NCBI GenBank assembly: GCA_963668645.2
Contig: CAXXWC010000021.1
Span: 608,001-672,000, forward strand
Origin: Desulfobacterales bacterium
GTDB lineage: Bacteria; Desulfobacterota; Desulfobacteria; Desulfobacterales; UBA2174
Length of the DNA stretch: 64,000 nucleotides
Direction of reading: 5' to 3'
Position 1 is the stretch's first letter, and each line of letters starts with the position of its first letter. This document shows positions 1 through 10,830 of this stretch, piece after piece. The position numbers were made by a program, and so were the translations under genes. The notes under the pieces are model-generated. The model saw nothing but the letters and a program-made list of their open reading frames with translations, did not search any database and was not told the origin of the DNA.

Positions 1-650
1 TGGCCGCGGCCCTGGGTACCAGCGCCCTGGTCGACGCCCTCGAGGTGACCTGCGACGGCGATCGGCCCGGTGTGCGGTCCATCGTCTACGGCGGTGCAGC
101 GATCCGCACGCTGCGCGCCTGTTGCACAACCACGGTGATTACCGTAGGCGCGGGCGTATTCAAGGCCCGCCCGGCACCAAAGGCCTTTGCCGGTCAAACG
201 CGGGCCGTGGCGTTCATCCCGCCTAAAACCGCCACCCGCCGCCTCGAAACCCGGTTCAAGACCGGCAGCGACGTCGACCTATCCGCCGCCAAGAAGGTGA
301 TCGGAGTCGGGCGCGGCTTTGCCAGGCAAGCGGACCTGGCCATGGCCGATGAGTTGGCCGCCCTGATCGATGCCACGGTGGGCTGCAGCCGCCCCCTGGC
401 CGAAATCGAGCACTGGCTGCCCAAGGCGCGCTACATCGGGGTCTCGGGCCAGATGATCAAACCGGACCTCTACCTGGCCCTCGGCATCTCTGGACAGGTC
501 CAGCATATGTTCGGCGTCAGCCAGGCCCACACCATCGTGGCGGTCAACAAGGACAAGAACGCACCGATCTTCCAGCAGGCCGATTACGGCATCGTCGCAG
601 ATCTTTACACCGTGCTGCCGGCCCTGATCGAAAGGTGCCGCAACCGGTAG
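1..650 (+). CDS. fixB: Electron transfer flavoprotein alpha subunit (FixB/EtfA), 5' end outside window
   Basis: Frame open from base 3; FAD-binding motifs GVGRG, GCSRP, IGVSGQ, LYLALGISGQVQH, AVNKDKNAPIF; followed by fixC and fixX. Confidence 0.93.
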   Translation, partial: AAALGTSALVDALEVTCDGDRPGVRSIVYGGAAIRTLRACCTTTVITVGAGVFKARPAPKAFAGQTRAVAFIPPKTATRRLETRFKTGSDVDLSAAKKVIGVGRGFARQADLAMADELAALIDATVGCSRPLAEIEHWLPKARYIGVSGQMIKPDLYLALGISGQVQHMFGVSQAHTIVAVNKDKNAPIFQQADYGIVADLYTVLPALIERCRNR

Positions 651-729
651 CGCCATCGAAAACGACGACCATCGGCCGGCTTTGCGGCCGTCGGCGCGCG
701 CCCGGATCCGGTGCGCAGTGGAGGCTCTT

Positions 730-2007
730 TTGAGCGATGACGAAAAATTCGACGTGGCGATCATCGGCGCCGGCCCGGCCGGCGCCGCCTGCGCCTACCG
801 TCTGGCCAAGGCCGGAAAACAGGTGCTGCTGCTGGAACGCGGCGACACGCCCGGCGCCAAGAACCTCGCCGGCGGGCGCTTTTACACCTACGCCCTGGAG
901 ATGCTCGATCTCGGCTTGAATGCCCAGGCGGCCCTGGAACGCCCGGTGACCCACGAACAGATCATGCTGCTTTCCGCTGATCGCGCCCTGGTCATCGACT
1001 ACCGTGATCCGGTCCAGGCCCTGACTTCGAGTACGATCCTGCGGGCACACTTCGACGAATGGCTCGCCGGTCGGGCCGAGGCCGCCGGAGCGGTGCTGGC
1101 GTGCGGCATCCGGGTCGATGGGGTCATCGAACGTCAGGGGCGGATCGTGGGGGTACGCGCCGGGGAGGACGAAATCTTCGCGGATATGGTGGTGGCAGCC
1201 GACGGGGTAAACTCCCTGACGGCCCAAAGTGCCGGCCTGATCCCGCAGATCCCGGCCCACACGGTGGGTGTCGGCCTCAAGGAAGTGATCGCCCTGCCGG
1301 CCGAGACCATCGAGGCGCGCTTCAACCTCGCTCCGGGCCGAGGGGCGGCACGGGTAATCCTCGGCGGCACCAACGGAATCCACGGCGGTGGGTTTGTCTA
1401 CACCAACCGCCAGAGCGTATCGCTGGGCTGCGTGCTTTGCCCCGGGCAGGCTGCTGAACGTAAAAAGCCGGTTCATGCCGTGCTCCAACAACTCAAATGC
1501 CACCCGGCGATCCAGGCGCTGATTCAAGGCGGTCAGACCGTGGAGTACGGGGCCCACCTGGTCTCCGAAGCCGGGTGGCGCCAGGTTCCGGCCACCCTTG
1601 ACCGCGAGGGCCTTCTGTTGGCCGGCGATGCGGCCGGATTCGTGATCAACGCCGGGTACACCATCCGTGGTGTCGACCTGGCGATCCTGAGTGGGATCGC
1701 GGCCGCCGAGGCCATCGTCGCTGCAACGCGCGACTCCGAAGCAGGTCCGCTCTATCGGGAGGCCCTCGAACGGATAGGCCTGCTGGCAACGATGAAGGCT
1801 GCCGACCCGACTTTCGACGTTCTGGATACCACCTGGCTCTATGACAAAGCACCGGATACGGCAGCCGATGTATGCGCCGGTCTTTTCGCCGCCGGCGGCC
1901 ATGCGCCCCGGCGGCTGCGGCAGATCGTGGCTGCAGCCGTCAAACGCAATGGGCTGTCCTGGTGGCAGATTCTCAAATTCGCTGCAAAGGGGATCCGATC
2001 GCTATGA
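730..2007 (+). CDS. fixC: FixC-like FAD-dependent ETF:quinone oxidoreductase
   Basis: GAGPAG Rossmann motif, ERGDTPGAKN..GG, AGDAAG and RGVDLAI motifs; TTG start at 730 after GGAGG. Confidence 0.92.
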   Translation: MSDDEKFDVAIIGAGPAGAACAYRLAKAGKQVLLLERGDTPGAKNLAGGRFYTYALEMLDLGLNAQAALERPVTHEQIMLLSADRALVIDYRDPVQALTSSTILRAHFDEWLAGRAEAAGAVLACGIRVDGVIERQGRIVGVRAGEDEIFADMVVAADGVNSLTAQSAGLIPQIPAHTVGVGLKEVIALPAETIEARFNLAPGRGAARVILGGTNGIHGGGFVYTNRQSVSLGCVLCPGQAAERKKPVHAVLQQLKCHPAIQALIQGGQTVEYGAHLVSEAGWRQVPATLDREGLLLAGDAAGFVINAGYTIRGVDLAILSGIAAAEAIVAATRDSEAGPLYREALERIGLLATMKAADPTFDVLDTTWLYDKAPDTAADVCAGLFAAGGHAPRRLRQIVAAAVKRNGLSWWQILKFAAKGIRSL

Positions 2008-2297
2008 CCACCCAACTGATGGACGCCGCAACCCTCCTGGCCCTGGACAAGTTCGAGATCGACGAGGAAAACCCGCATATCCGGATCGACCGGGACATCT
2101 GCCGGACATGCGCAGCCAAACCTTGCCTCTATGTCTGCCCGGCGGCACTTTACACCCTCGATGCCGACGGCGATGTTTCCTACGACTATGCCGGCTGCCT
2201 CGAATGCGGCACCTGCCGCCTGGTGTGCGCCATCAAGGGGATCACCCAGTGGACCTATCCGCGGGCACCCTTCGGCATCCACTACAGGCATGGATGA
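2004..2297 (+). CDS. fixX: FixX ferredoxin-like protein
   Basis: CLYVCPA and CLECGTC motifs, WTYPRAPFGIHYRHG C-terminus; ATGA overlap with fixC. Confidence 0.92.
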   Translation: MTTQLMDAATLLALDKFEIDEENPHIRIDRDICRTCAAKPCLYVCPAALYTLDADGDVSYDYAGCLECGTCRLVCAIKGITQWTYPRAPFGIHYRHG

Positions 2298-2378
2298 AAC
2301 CGTCGCTATGCGGCCGGCTGAGCGTCGGAATGGCTACCGGCAACCGAATACCATCGGAGGCGATCGGCTGATCGAGTG

Positions 2379-3149
2379 TTACTCGGGCTTAAATTTCCGG
2401 GAAATCTCCCTGACCGTAGTCAGCAACGAATCTATACAAAAGTGCCGATGCACCTCATCATAGAATTTACTTTCAGGAAAATCGACACTGACAGCGCCCA
2501 AAAGGGACCCTGTGTGGTCGAAAATGGGCGCACTCACTGAGGCGATACCGACGCGCTTCTCACTGATACTCTGTGAATAACCCCGGTTCCTGATAAGCTC
2601 AAGTTCTTTGAGTAATGTTCGTTTATCTGTGATCGTGTTTTCTGTATACGCAGTCAGTTGTTGCATCGACAGGTAAGCCTCGATAAATGTTTCAGAGGAA
2701 AAGGCTAAAAGGCATTTGGAGGAGGCCCCCACATAAAGGGGGGAGATGGCCCCTATATCCTTGATGACCGTGAATGTATCGGAAGGCTGAATTTTATCGA
2801 TACAAAGATTGTATGTCTCTTTTATGATGTGGTGGCAGATCGTTTCTTTGGTTAACAAGCTTAGGGCTTCTATAGATGAACGCACAACTTTGATCACAGT
2901 GTTTTTAGTCTGAAGAATGTTAAAAAATTTAAAATAGATAAGACCAAGCTGATATTTTTTTGAGGTGGGATTCTGTTCTATGAAGTTATACTTTTTAAGT
3001 GCCGTTAGAATACGCTGCACCGTACCTGGGGCAAACCCATGTTTTGATGCCAACTCCCTGACGCCCCACGACTCCTGATTCTCCAAAAAAGACACAAGGA
3101 TCTCAAGAACCTTTTCAGTTGAATTTAATTTGGGTGCACTTTTATTCAT
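2379..3149 (-). CDS. IclR family transcriptional regulator
   Basis: N-terminal HTH (WGVRELASKHGFAPGTVQRIL); C-terminal PLYVGASSKCLLAF, IRNRGYS, SVSAPIFD. Confidence 0.92.
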   Translation of the reverse strand: MNKSAPKLNSTEKVLEILVSFLENQESWGVRELASKHGFAPGTVQRILTALKKYNFIEQNPTSKKYQLGLIYFKFFNILQTKNTVIKVVRSSIEALSLLTKETICHHIIKETYNLCIDKIQPSDTFTVIKDIGAISPLYVGASSKCLLAFSSETFIEAYLSMQQLTAYTENTITDKRTLLKELELIRNRGYSQSISEKRVGIASVSAPIFDHTGSLLGAVSVDFPESKFYDEVHRHFCIDSLLTTVREISRKFKPE

Positions 3150-3329
3150 AGTCGTATATTCTCAACTTCCGTTGACTTAGGCTTCACAAGTTACCCCAAG
3201 ACTCGGCGTTCGAATCAAGCCCGGTGATGTTACTGTATCCAGCTTTTTACTCCGCCCCCCTTTTCATGTCAACATCTTGGATCTGAAAGGAATATTGCCA
3301 TGGCGGGTCGATTTTCCAAAAAGCTATAA

Positions 3330-3570
3330 ATAACTTTTTGTTTATTTTCAAGAGAAAACGAAGCGTATGTGGGCGCCATTGGAAAATATGAACGCGGAGC
3401 AGAGCACCTTCCAGGGCGCATACGCAACCGGAACGTCTCGCAGCCTGGGGGTAAGGATTTGCTGGCGATACATGGCGTATCTGCAATCGTGCACAGTGAC
3501 CTCGGTGATAGAGGCCGGAGGCCCATTCCTTTTTGATCATCCTGTCCGGTTGATAGACCCTATTTCAGCC
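3330..3570 (-). pseudogene. Possible highly decayed IS1182-type transposase C-terminal fragment
   Basis: Broken frames give DRMIKK..W..GLY.R, FRLR and WKVLC, loosely resembling the IS1182 C-terminus; judged by eye only. Confidence 0.3.
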
Positions 3571-3829
3571 TTTTATCCCTTCTGTCTTGGCCAGCCCGAC
3601 AAGATGAGCCGGGATTCCAACCGGCAACTATCATCATAATCGCCCCTCGCTATGGAGCCGGTCCTGCCCCGGTATAGATCTGATAGTCAGACTTTTGAAA
3701 TTCGATCAAGCCTTGGACATTTTCACAATTTCTTATCCGAAGGCGGATAGCTATCACCAAATCTGCTTGTCTCGCCTAGTCCATACCATCGATTCGACAA
3801 TAAACGGACAAAACGTTTGACGTGTTTAT

Positions 3830-5194
3830 CTACAAAATCTTACCGACAGATGCAATAACCTGATCAACAACTTGTGGAGCAATACCAACATAGTTCTCAG
3901 GCATAAGAATAGATCTTACCTCTTCTTCGCTGAAAATAGAAGTGACACGGTGATCTTCAATAAGAACATCACCAAGATCCCGCTTTTCTTCATAGGACTT
4001 CATTGCAGCTTCATAAACCACATGGTGGGCCTCCATGCGGCCTATTTTATGACCGAGCTTAATCATCATAGCTTCAGCGTTAAGGCCACCTCTAGTAATG
4101 TTGAGATTGCGTCTCATGTTCTCAGGATAAACATGAAGCGTACGCAGCAAATTCAGGGTCATTTCCAGAATACTTCCGGTAACGATGTTGATTTCAGGCA
4201 CGTAGTACCAATCTGCCATCATGCATGCAGTACAGCGTTCATGCTGTACATGTTGACAGTTAATGGCAACGTTGGCCTGAGCGTTAACAATCCACGCAAG
4301 ACCGATAACGGTTTCAAAGTTATCAGGATTACGTTTTTGTGGCATGGTGGAAGAGCCAAGTCTGCCCCTGGGAAAATCTTCTTCAATTTCTGCGACTTCT
4401 TGTTTATGCATCCCTTGCAGGTCAAAGCATATTCTGGAACAACTGGCCGCCATCACATTGAGAATGCATGAATATTCAGCCATCGTATCCCGGGCGCTAT
4501 GCCAAGGGGCAGAAGGAACAGAAATGTCGAGAAGTTCACAGAGACGTTTTTGAACCGCAAGACCATCATGGCCGTCAACAGTCAAAGAGGCAAGGGTGGC
4601 CGAAGCACCGGCGAATTGACCCTTGAATACACGCTCACGACAATCTCTCAACCGGGTAAGACTGCGGGAAAGCTCATCGGCATAGATGGCGCATTTTTCG
4701 CCAAAGGTCATCGGTACGGCATGCATCTGATGGGTACGCCCGGGCATAGAAGTATTACGATACTCTTTAGCAAGCTCCAAGCACCTTTTAATCATATCGA
4801 TGAGTACTTCTTCGAAATAGAATGAACCTTCTTTTAACAATAGAGAGAAAGTCGTATCGGTAAGATCTTGAAGGGTAGCCCCCCAATGAGCCCATTTGCC
4901 CAAACCATCTTTAGTTATTTCCTCCAGTTCCCACAAAACGGGGATACAAGGATGAGTGGTTTCTTCAATTTTCAACCTGATTTGTTTCAAATCAAAATTT
5001 TGAACTTTACCTTTGTTGCGGATTTCATCAGCCACGCCTTCAGGGATTATTCCTTGCTCCTCTTCGGCTTGTGCGAGAGCAGCCCAATATTCGAACCACT
5101 TGTTAAGCATGTTTTCGTCTGAAAATATCTCTCTGGCCCTCTCGGAACCGAAAAAATTCCTAAATAGTGCAGAATCAATCATCGAATGACCCAT
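3830..5194 (-). CDS. Adenylosuccinate lyase / fumarase-aspartase superfamily lyase
   Basis: HWGATLQD, GRTHQMHA and signature GSSTMPQKRNP. Confidence 0.9.
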   Translation of the reverse strand: MGHSMIDSALFRNFFGSERAREIFSDENMLNKWFEYWAALAQAEEEQGIIPEGVADEIRNKGKVQNFDLKQIRLKIEETTHPCIPVLWELEEITKDGLGKWAHWGATLQDLTDTTFSLLLKEGSFYFEEVLIDMIKRCLELAKEYRNTSMPGRTHQMHAVPMTFGEKCAIYADELSRSLTRLRDCRERVFKGQFAGASATLASLTVDGHDGLAVQKRLCELLDISVPSAPWHSARDTMAEYSCILNVMAASCSRICFDLQGMHKQEVAEIEEDFPRGRLGSSTMPQKRNPDNFETVIGLAWIVNAQANVAINCQHVQHERCTACMMADWYYVPEINIVTGSILEMTLNLLRTLHVYPENMRRNLNITRGGLNAEAMMIKLGHKIGRMEAHHVVYEAAMKSYEEKRDLGDVLIEDHRVTSIFSEEEVRSILMPENYVGIAPQVVDQVIASVGKIL

Positions 5195-5233
5195 ATTTTT
5201 TACCTCCGATAAACATTTGCAAAAAATATACTT

Positions 5234-6583
5234 CTAATAGACAAAATCCATCACTGTATCGATCGTTTCAATTTTTTCTAATGAAAACAGCAACTCAAAA
5301 ATCCGATTAGATCTATCCGAAGGAAGCACAGCGGATGAACAGTCAATGAATTTTTTCTTGATATCCAGATCACTAAGAGGATTCCCTGGAACACCTTTCG
5401 CTTCGTCACATCTACCTTTTAGGATTCTTCCGTCTTTTAACAAAATGGTCAATTTGCACGGCTCGATACCAAATCCCAATTTTTCATATTCAGGGTCGAC
5501 TTCCAGTTTTACCTTTGGAATAATTTCCTTGATTATTGGGTTATTAACCAGCTCATCAGCAAATTGTTCTACGCCTACCCTACCATAAACGATCGCAGAG
5601 GCGAGAACATACTCCATAGAAAACTTGGCTTCAATACAGTCTTGAGGATTGTGACATACAAGTTCTCTTGGACCGATAAGGCCTACTCCTGCTGAAATTT
5701 TTTCTACATCATCTGCCGTAAAAGAGGACTTATTTAATATTTCAAAGATACAATCTATCGCTGCATGTGTTCCGAAGCAGCATGGATATTTTTTAAAGGC
5801 AAGACCTGGATTAACAATAACCCAGGGGTCTCCGAAACAAGGCCGATCAGTTATCGTCTCTTTCCCGGCAAATGTTTGCGCGAAACCGTCCTGTGCTTCA
5901 AAAGCATTTTTTGAAGATGTAAGGCCGTATCCCGCCAAAATCGCCGCTTTACAACCATTAAATGCCGCCATCCCTGCGTGGTAAGGTTTTGTCATAGTCC
6001 CGAAATTAGCTCTGATCCCACTTGCCATGGATGAAGCAATACCTAGCGCATTAACAAATCGCCTTTCATCCAGATTCATTAACATTGCCGCTGTTGCAGC
6101 CGCACCCAAGGTTCCAAACACACTCGTCGTATGCCAACCATTTTGCGTAACATCGGGCATGACTAATTGTGCAATTCTATTTTCAATCTCCAATCCGACT
6201 GCATATGCCTTCAAAATTTCATATCCCGAAGCATTGACAAATTCACCGGCTGCAAACGCGGCAGATGCTACAGCCACAGTTGGATGCCCTGCCATAGGAT
6301 CATTAACATCATCATAATCCAAAGCATGTCCTGCTGTTCCATTTGCCAGAGCTGCAAGATCATGACTTGCAAAAATATCCGTTCCAAAAACTCTTGCCTC
6401 TGGAACTGATGGCCAACGTGTTATATATTTTTGAACAATTCTGCTTACTTCAATTTTGCTTCCGGCCAACGTAACACCGACATAATCAATCAACGCCTTT
6501 TTTGCAATTTCAATCACCTTTTCAGGCAAATCTTCATTACTCATTATATCTGCAAATTTGGCTGCTTCCGAAAGGACAGACAT
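5234..6583 (-). CDS. MmgE/PrpD family protein
   Basis: ALANGTAGHALDYDD, GHP, GWH, GTMTKPYHAG, FKKYPCC..H, AKFS; likely start MSVLSEA after GAAGG. Confidence 0.92.
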   Translation of the reverse strand: MSVLSEAAKFADIMSNEDLPEKVIEIAKKALIDYVGVTLAGSKIEVSRIVQKYITRWPSVPEARVFGTDIFASHDLAALANGTAGHALDYDDVNDPMAGHPTVAVASAAFAAGEFVNASGYEILKAYAVGLEIENRIAQLVMPDVTQNGWHTTSVFGTLGAAATAAMLMNLDERRFVNALGIASSMASGIRANFGTMTKPYHAGMAAFNGCKAAILAGYGLTSSKNAFEAQDGFAQTFAGKETITDRPCFGDPWVIVNPGLAFKKYPCCFGTHAAIDCIFEILNKSSFTADDVEKISAGVGLIGPRELVCHNPQDCIEAKFSMEYVLASAIVYGRVGVEQFADELVNNPIIKEIIPKVKLEVDPEYEKLGFGIEPCKLTILLKDGRILKGRCDEAKGVPGNPLSDLDIKKKFIDCSSAVLPSDRSNRIFELLFSLEKIETIDTVMDFVY

Positions 6584-6857
6584 ATTATCACCTTCTTTCA
6601 AAAATCCTTTTTAATCATCAAAAAAGAGCAATCCTTACGCATCGTTTCTAAGGGCTGATAGCGACTTTAAAATTGATGCGTAAGCACAAAACCCCCTTAG
6701 CACCGGCACACATTAAGTAAAGCCATGCGATCACCGCCCATCTGCATGAACGAACCGACTGCGGTCATTCAGTGGTTTATCTATTCATGAATACTTTTTA
6801 CCCAGATCATGCCACTCCTAAAAGGAGATATACGATTTTATTACCCGACATGGGATT

Positions 6858-8378
6858 TTATGCTTTCTCCACAGATGAGGCGGCTATTTTCCCCAGACTT
6901 TTTTCCATAAATCTCTTTTTAATTATGGGGAAGCTCAGCGTTATTGCAGCACAAATCAACATGACAAGAGATATGGGACGTGTCAGGAATACTAATAAAC
7001 CATCATCGGAAAGCCTCGTGGCAAGTACGAAGTTCTTTTCGGCGAGGGGCCCCAGAACAAGGGCCAAAACCAAAGGACCGATGGACATATCCAGGCGTTT
7101 AAGAATATATCCGATAACTCCGAATATCGTCATAATCATAATGTCCGCGAAGCTACTCCTTAGTGAATAAACACCGATATATGAAAATACAATAATCAAC
7201 GGGTCCAATATAAAAACCGGGAGTTTCGTCGCTTTAACGAACATTCTGGTCATTGCCAATCCAAGAAACAGAACCAGGAAATTAACAATCAGCATCCCTC
7301 CGAAACAGGCATGGACGATTTCAGGATTATTCATGAAAATCATGGGCCCCGGATTAAGCCCTGCAATGATAAACGCTCCCAGAATAATTGCCGTTACCGC
7401 ACTTCCTGGAATCCCCAGAGTAAGCATTGTTAATACGGCACCTGCGGCACATGCGTTATTGGCACACTCGGGCGCTACGACACCTTCTGGTATGCCCGTG
7501 CCGAACTTATCAGAATCTTTGGAAAACTGTTTTGCTAGACCATAGGACATGATGGAGCCGAGAACCGTTCCCGCACCGGGTATCGCTCCAACAATCGTCC
7601 CTAAAATACTGCTGCGTGGTATTGTGGATTTCAAATAGGTTTTAAGCTCCGACCATTTTGGCAATTCAACCTTATCCCCGCCCACATTTTCTTCTTGATA
7701 ATAGATGCGCCTGTCATTCAGTCGATCAAATACTTCCGACAGGGCGAATAGGCCCATTAGCGCAACGATAAAATTTATCCCTCCTAGAAGGTAGTCTGAA
7801 TTGAAAACGAAACGAGGGACACCCGTCATAGGACTCAACCCGATACATGCAATCAAAAGCCCAATAAATAGCGACAACAAACCATTGATAAATGAATTAC
7901 CGGCAATTGACGAAATCGTCATCAAACCCATGAAAATAAAGCTGAATAGCTCAGGCGGACCGAATTTCAACGCAATTTTTGCGATATAAGGTCCGAGCAA
8001 AATTAAAAAGAAAGTTCCGATCAATCCTCCAATAGCGGAACCGAACAGACCGGAACCTATCGCTTTTCCCGCCTCTCCCCTTTTGGCCATTGGATGACCG
8101 TCAAATGTCGTACATACCGCAGCCGGGTCTCCGGGTATATTGAAAAGGACTGCGGTAATACATCCTCCGAAATTACTCCCCTGATATATGCCCACCAGTG
8201 CCAAGATGGAGGCAATAGGACCGAGTGAATAGGTAAACGGAACAAATAAAATTGCAGCCATTAACCCGTTAATGCCTGGAATCGCTCCAAAAAAAATCCC
8301 GATAAAGGTTCCACCTGCCAGCCACAGAAAGTTATCCGGCTGTGCGATCATTGCGATGCTTTTAATCAAGATCTCCAT
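6858..8378 (-). CDS. tctA: Tripartite tricarboxylate transporter large permease TctA
   Basis: GAIPG, NIPGDP..TTFDG.PMA..G, APECANNA, LTLGIPGS, PLVLALVLG. Confidence 0.93.
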   Translation of the reverse strand: MEILIKSIAMIAQPDNFLWLAGGTFIGIFFGAIPGINGLMAAILFVPFTYSLGPIASILALVGIYQGSNFGGCITAVLFNIPGDPAAVCTTFDGHPMAKRGEAGKAIGSGLFGSAIGGLIGTFFLILLGPYIAKIALKFGPPELFSFIFMGLMTISSIAGNSFINGLLSLFIGLLIACIGLSPMTGVPRFVFNSDYLLGGINFIVALMGLFALSEVFDRLNDRRIYYQEENVGGDKVELPKWSELKTYLKSTIPRSSILGTIVGAIPGAGTVLGSIMSYGLAKQFSKDSDKFGTGIPEGVVAPECANNACAAGAVLTMLTLGIPGSAVTAIILGAFIIAGLNPGPMIFMNNPEIVHACFGGMLIVNFLVLFLGLAMTRMFVKATKLPVFILDPLIIVFSYIGVYSLRSSFADIMIMTIFGVIGYILKRLDMSIGPLVLALVLGPLAEKNFVLATRLSDDGLLVFLTRPISLVMLICAAITLSFPIIKKRFMEKSLGKIAASSVEKA

Positions 8379-8379
8379 T

Positions 8380-8901
8380 TTACCCTGTCGCCCCCAATCT
8401 AACTATCGTTAAAATCAAATTCGAAAAATCGAGAAAAATCCCAAACCCTTTTGGTAGAGAAACATATAAAAGGCGCCAAAAAATAAACAGGATTAGAAGA
8501 ACGGAGACCGACGATCCTATTATAAGATATTTTAGATTTGTTTGTCCTAGAAATCGCATAAAAATGCACAAAAACAGCATTGTCGCAAATGCAAAACCGA
8601 GATATTCAGTACTAAAGCAGTATACCGATACGATCAATATCCCCAGAATGATTCTACTACTGAACAGCAGACTTATAAATTCCCTAACACTACTTGTTGT
8701 TGTAGAATTCTTTTGCGGCCAATACAGCTTCATAAAAACTGTCAAGCTTAACCCGACCAAGACCGTTCTTGGCCAGAACTCAGGTCTAGACCAGATGGCA
8801 TAGCTAGTGAGGCTACCGTTGCCGCCGACATTTATGAATAGATATCCCGCAACGGCAAGATACATCAAAAACAACATGTGTTTTAATCTTGCTATTTTCA
8901 T
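8380..8901 (-). CDS. tctB: Tripartite tricarboxylate transporter small subunit TctB
   Basis: Several TM segments, P.FWP, YLGF, VSLPKG; lies between tctC and tctA. Confidence 0.85.
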   Translation of the reverse strand: MKIARLKHMLFLMYLAVAGYLFINVGGNGSLTSYAIWSRPEFWPRTVLVGLSLTVFMKLYWPQKNSTTTSSVREFISLLFSSRIILGILIVSVYCFSTEYLGFAFATMLFLCIFMRFLGQTNLKYLIIGSSVSVLLILFIFWRLLYVSLPKGFGIFLDFSNLILTIVRLGATG

Positions 8902-9092
8902 TTATGACCTTCTGTCAATGGTTTTGGGGGCAATTGTTTTCATAAGTCCGTTATCTGGTTGGTTTCAATCATCATGCTGTTGTTATATCCGCATTGAAAT
9001 CGAAGCCCTTCTGTTGCTAATACGCACAAACCGTGCCCGTATCCCCTTCCGGGAAGGATGCGGTTCGGTTGTGCAGTAGGCTTTGGAAGGCT

Positions 9093-9244
9093 GTTGCAGA
9101 TTGGCGGGAAATGGCGGCCTTGACCGTAAGACGCGGGTTTACGGTAGGGCATTGGTGCGGAGGGCTGATCAGGCATTGAAACGATTACATCGATCAAGCG
9201 TCTGGTATCAGAGGCAAAGGCCGCCATTTTCCCACATCTTCAAC
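9093..9244. mobile_element. MITE-like element with ~28-bp imperfect terminal inverted repeats
   Basis: gttgcagattggcgggaaatggcggcctt (9093-9121) vs aaggccgccattttcccacatcttcaac (9217-9244); GC-richer than flanks; no credible ORF. Confidence 0.55.
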
Positions 9245-9297
9245 TCTAAAGTTGCAAAAATGGTTCTCACGGTTGTCCCAGATATACATGAATCTGT

Positions 9298-10272
9298 TTA
9301 TTTTACCGAAAAGCCGGTCTCATCGATTATTTTTTTCAGGTCATTGTAATAACTCCTGACAAATTCGCCAAATTCTTGACCACTCAGATGGCTCTGGCTG
9401 GCATCCATTTTTTTCTCCAGCATATAATCCTGCCATTCTTTTGTTTCCGATGCTTTCAGGACTGCTTGGCTTAATTTTTCCCGTATGACAGGATCGACAC
9501 CTTTTTTAATAGCAATACCCCTGAAAAAGGGGAAATCGACATCGAATCCCAATTCTTTCATGGTCGGCAGGTCAGGAAACCCGTTGATTCTTTTCCCGAC
9601 ACACGCCACAAGTGGTTTCATCTGATTGTTTTGTACATAATGCAAGACGTCACTCACTTCTTCCCATATGATATCCACATCACCCCTGAACAAAGCGGCA
9701 TGCAATTCACCACCACCATCATAGGAGATATACTTTATTTTTATTCCCTGTTTATCCAGTTTGGCCACCGTTATTGCTTCGGACGATGTCAAGCCAATGC
9801 CGCCGAGCAATAGCTTACCCGGCTTTTTCTTGGCTTCGGCGACAACATCGTCAAAACCTTTAAATGGGCTGTTCGGCATTGTAAGTATCCATGCTGAATC
9901 CATCTGAACCCTGCCGATATAATCAAGATCTTCGATTTTGGATTTATAGATCCCGAGTGCAGTGGAGATGACATAGTCGGTCTCTATGCCAAGGATGGAG
10001 TACCCATCCGGAGCTCTTTTCATATACTCAATCATACCGACAGCTCCGGATGCTCCGGGAATATTGACAATGGCAAGCGGTGTATTGAGCTCATTTTTAA
10101 GATGTTTGGAAAAAGCTCTGGCATATCGGCTGGAACCGCCGCCCACACTCCAACGGATTATCCATTCGATAGGCTGCTCCGGAAATTTTTCAGCACCCGC
10201 AAGGCATTCTCCCACACTGAAAATTCCGAGCAATAGAAACATAACAATTGTAGATAAAGCTCTTTTTTTCAT
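9298..10272 (-). CDS. tctC: Tripartite tricarboxylate transporter substrate-binding protein TctC (Bug)
   Basis: Signal peptide MKKRALS..., FP..PI..I..W..GG, NIPGASG, APDGY, YDGGG, PDLPT..ELG. Confidence 0.92.
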   Translation of the reverse strand: MKKRALSTIVMFLLLGIFSVGECLAGAEKFPEQPIEWIIRWSVGGGSSRYARAFSKHLKNELNTPLAIVNIPGASGAVGMIEYMKRAPDGYSILGIETDYVISTALGIYKSKIEDLDYIGRVQMDSAWILTMPNSPFKGFDDVVAEAKKKPGKLLLGGIGLTSSEAITVAKLDKQGIKIKYISYDGGGELHAALFRGDVDIIWEEVSDVLHYVQNNQMKPLVACVGKRINGFPDLPTMKELGFDVDFPFFRGIAIKKGVDPVIREKLSQAVLKASETKEWQDYMLEKKMDASQSHLSGQEFGEFVRSYYNDLKKIIDETGFSVK

Positions 10273-10384
10273 CTCAACAACCTTTCTTTTAAGCCGCTTC
10301 AGGCCATTTAACGGGTTGCCCCGACATGAAGGAGGTACGGTCCCATTGAAACATAGGCTCGACGAAGGCAACGGGTTGTAGTGT

Positions 10385-10590
10385 AGATTCAAACCGGAAC
10401 AGGGAAATTGACCGCTTTACGGGAAGATAACGATTGCGAAAACCACAGGACAAACGCTTAGCCCACTCAATCTTGGCGTCGATCGACTCGCATGGAGCAC
10501 TGGCGATTCGATGCCTGGCGTAGATCACGATATTGTCCGCATAGTCCCTGCGCATTTTGGCCACCTGCTTGATCGGTTTCGGCCACAAGG
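10385..10590 (-). pseudogene. ISL3-family transposase C-terminal remnant
   Basis: PIKQVAKM....DNIV.Y..HRI..A..E.I..KI...KR..CGFRN follows the ISL3 C-terminal pattern. Confidence 0.7.
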
Positions 10591-10830
10591 GGTTAACCCT
10601 GAAACACCGGCACTTGGTTAACCCAAGGACTTTGAACCGAAATCCTGAGGGAAAAACGCTTTTTCGTCCATGGGTGCACCATGAGGCAAGTCACTACCTC
10701 TTTATATGGACCCATGAAAATAACCGGACAGAGCCTCCTTTAAGTCTTTTCTGTAAAGATCAAAGCTCCTTCGGGGTTAGTATGCCAATGAAGTTGCCTT
10801 TTGTTGCCTGATGACCGGCCCCCACACCGT

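Larger units (their letters stand above)
219..2304 (+). repeat. Direct repeat, copy 1 (~2.1 kb fixB'-fixC-fixX)
   Basis: Near-identical to 16490-18615. Confidence 0.95.

Noticed and set aside
544..1902. 452-aa minus-strand ORF
   Set aside because: Shadow of fixC
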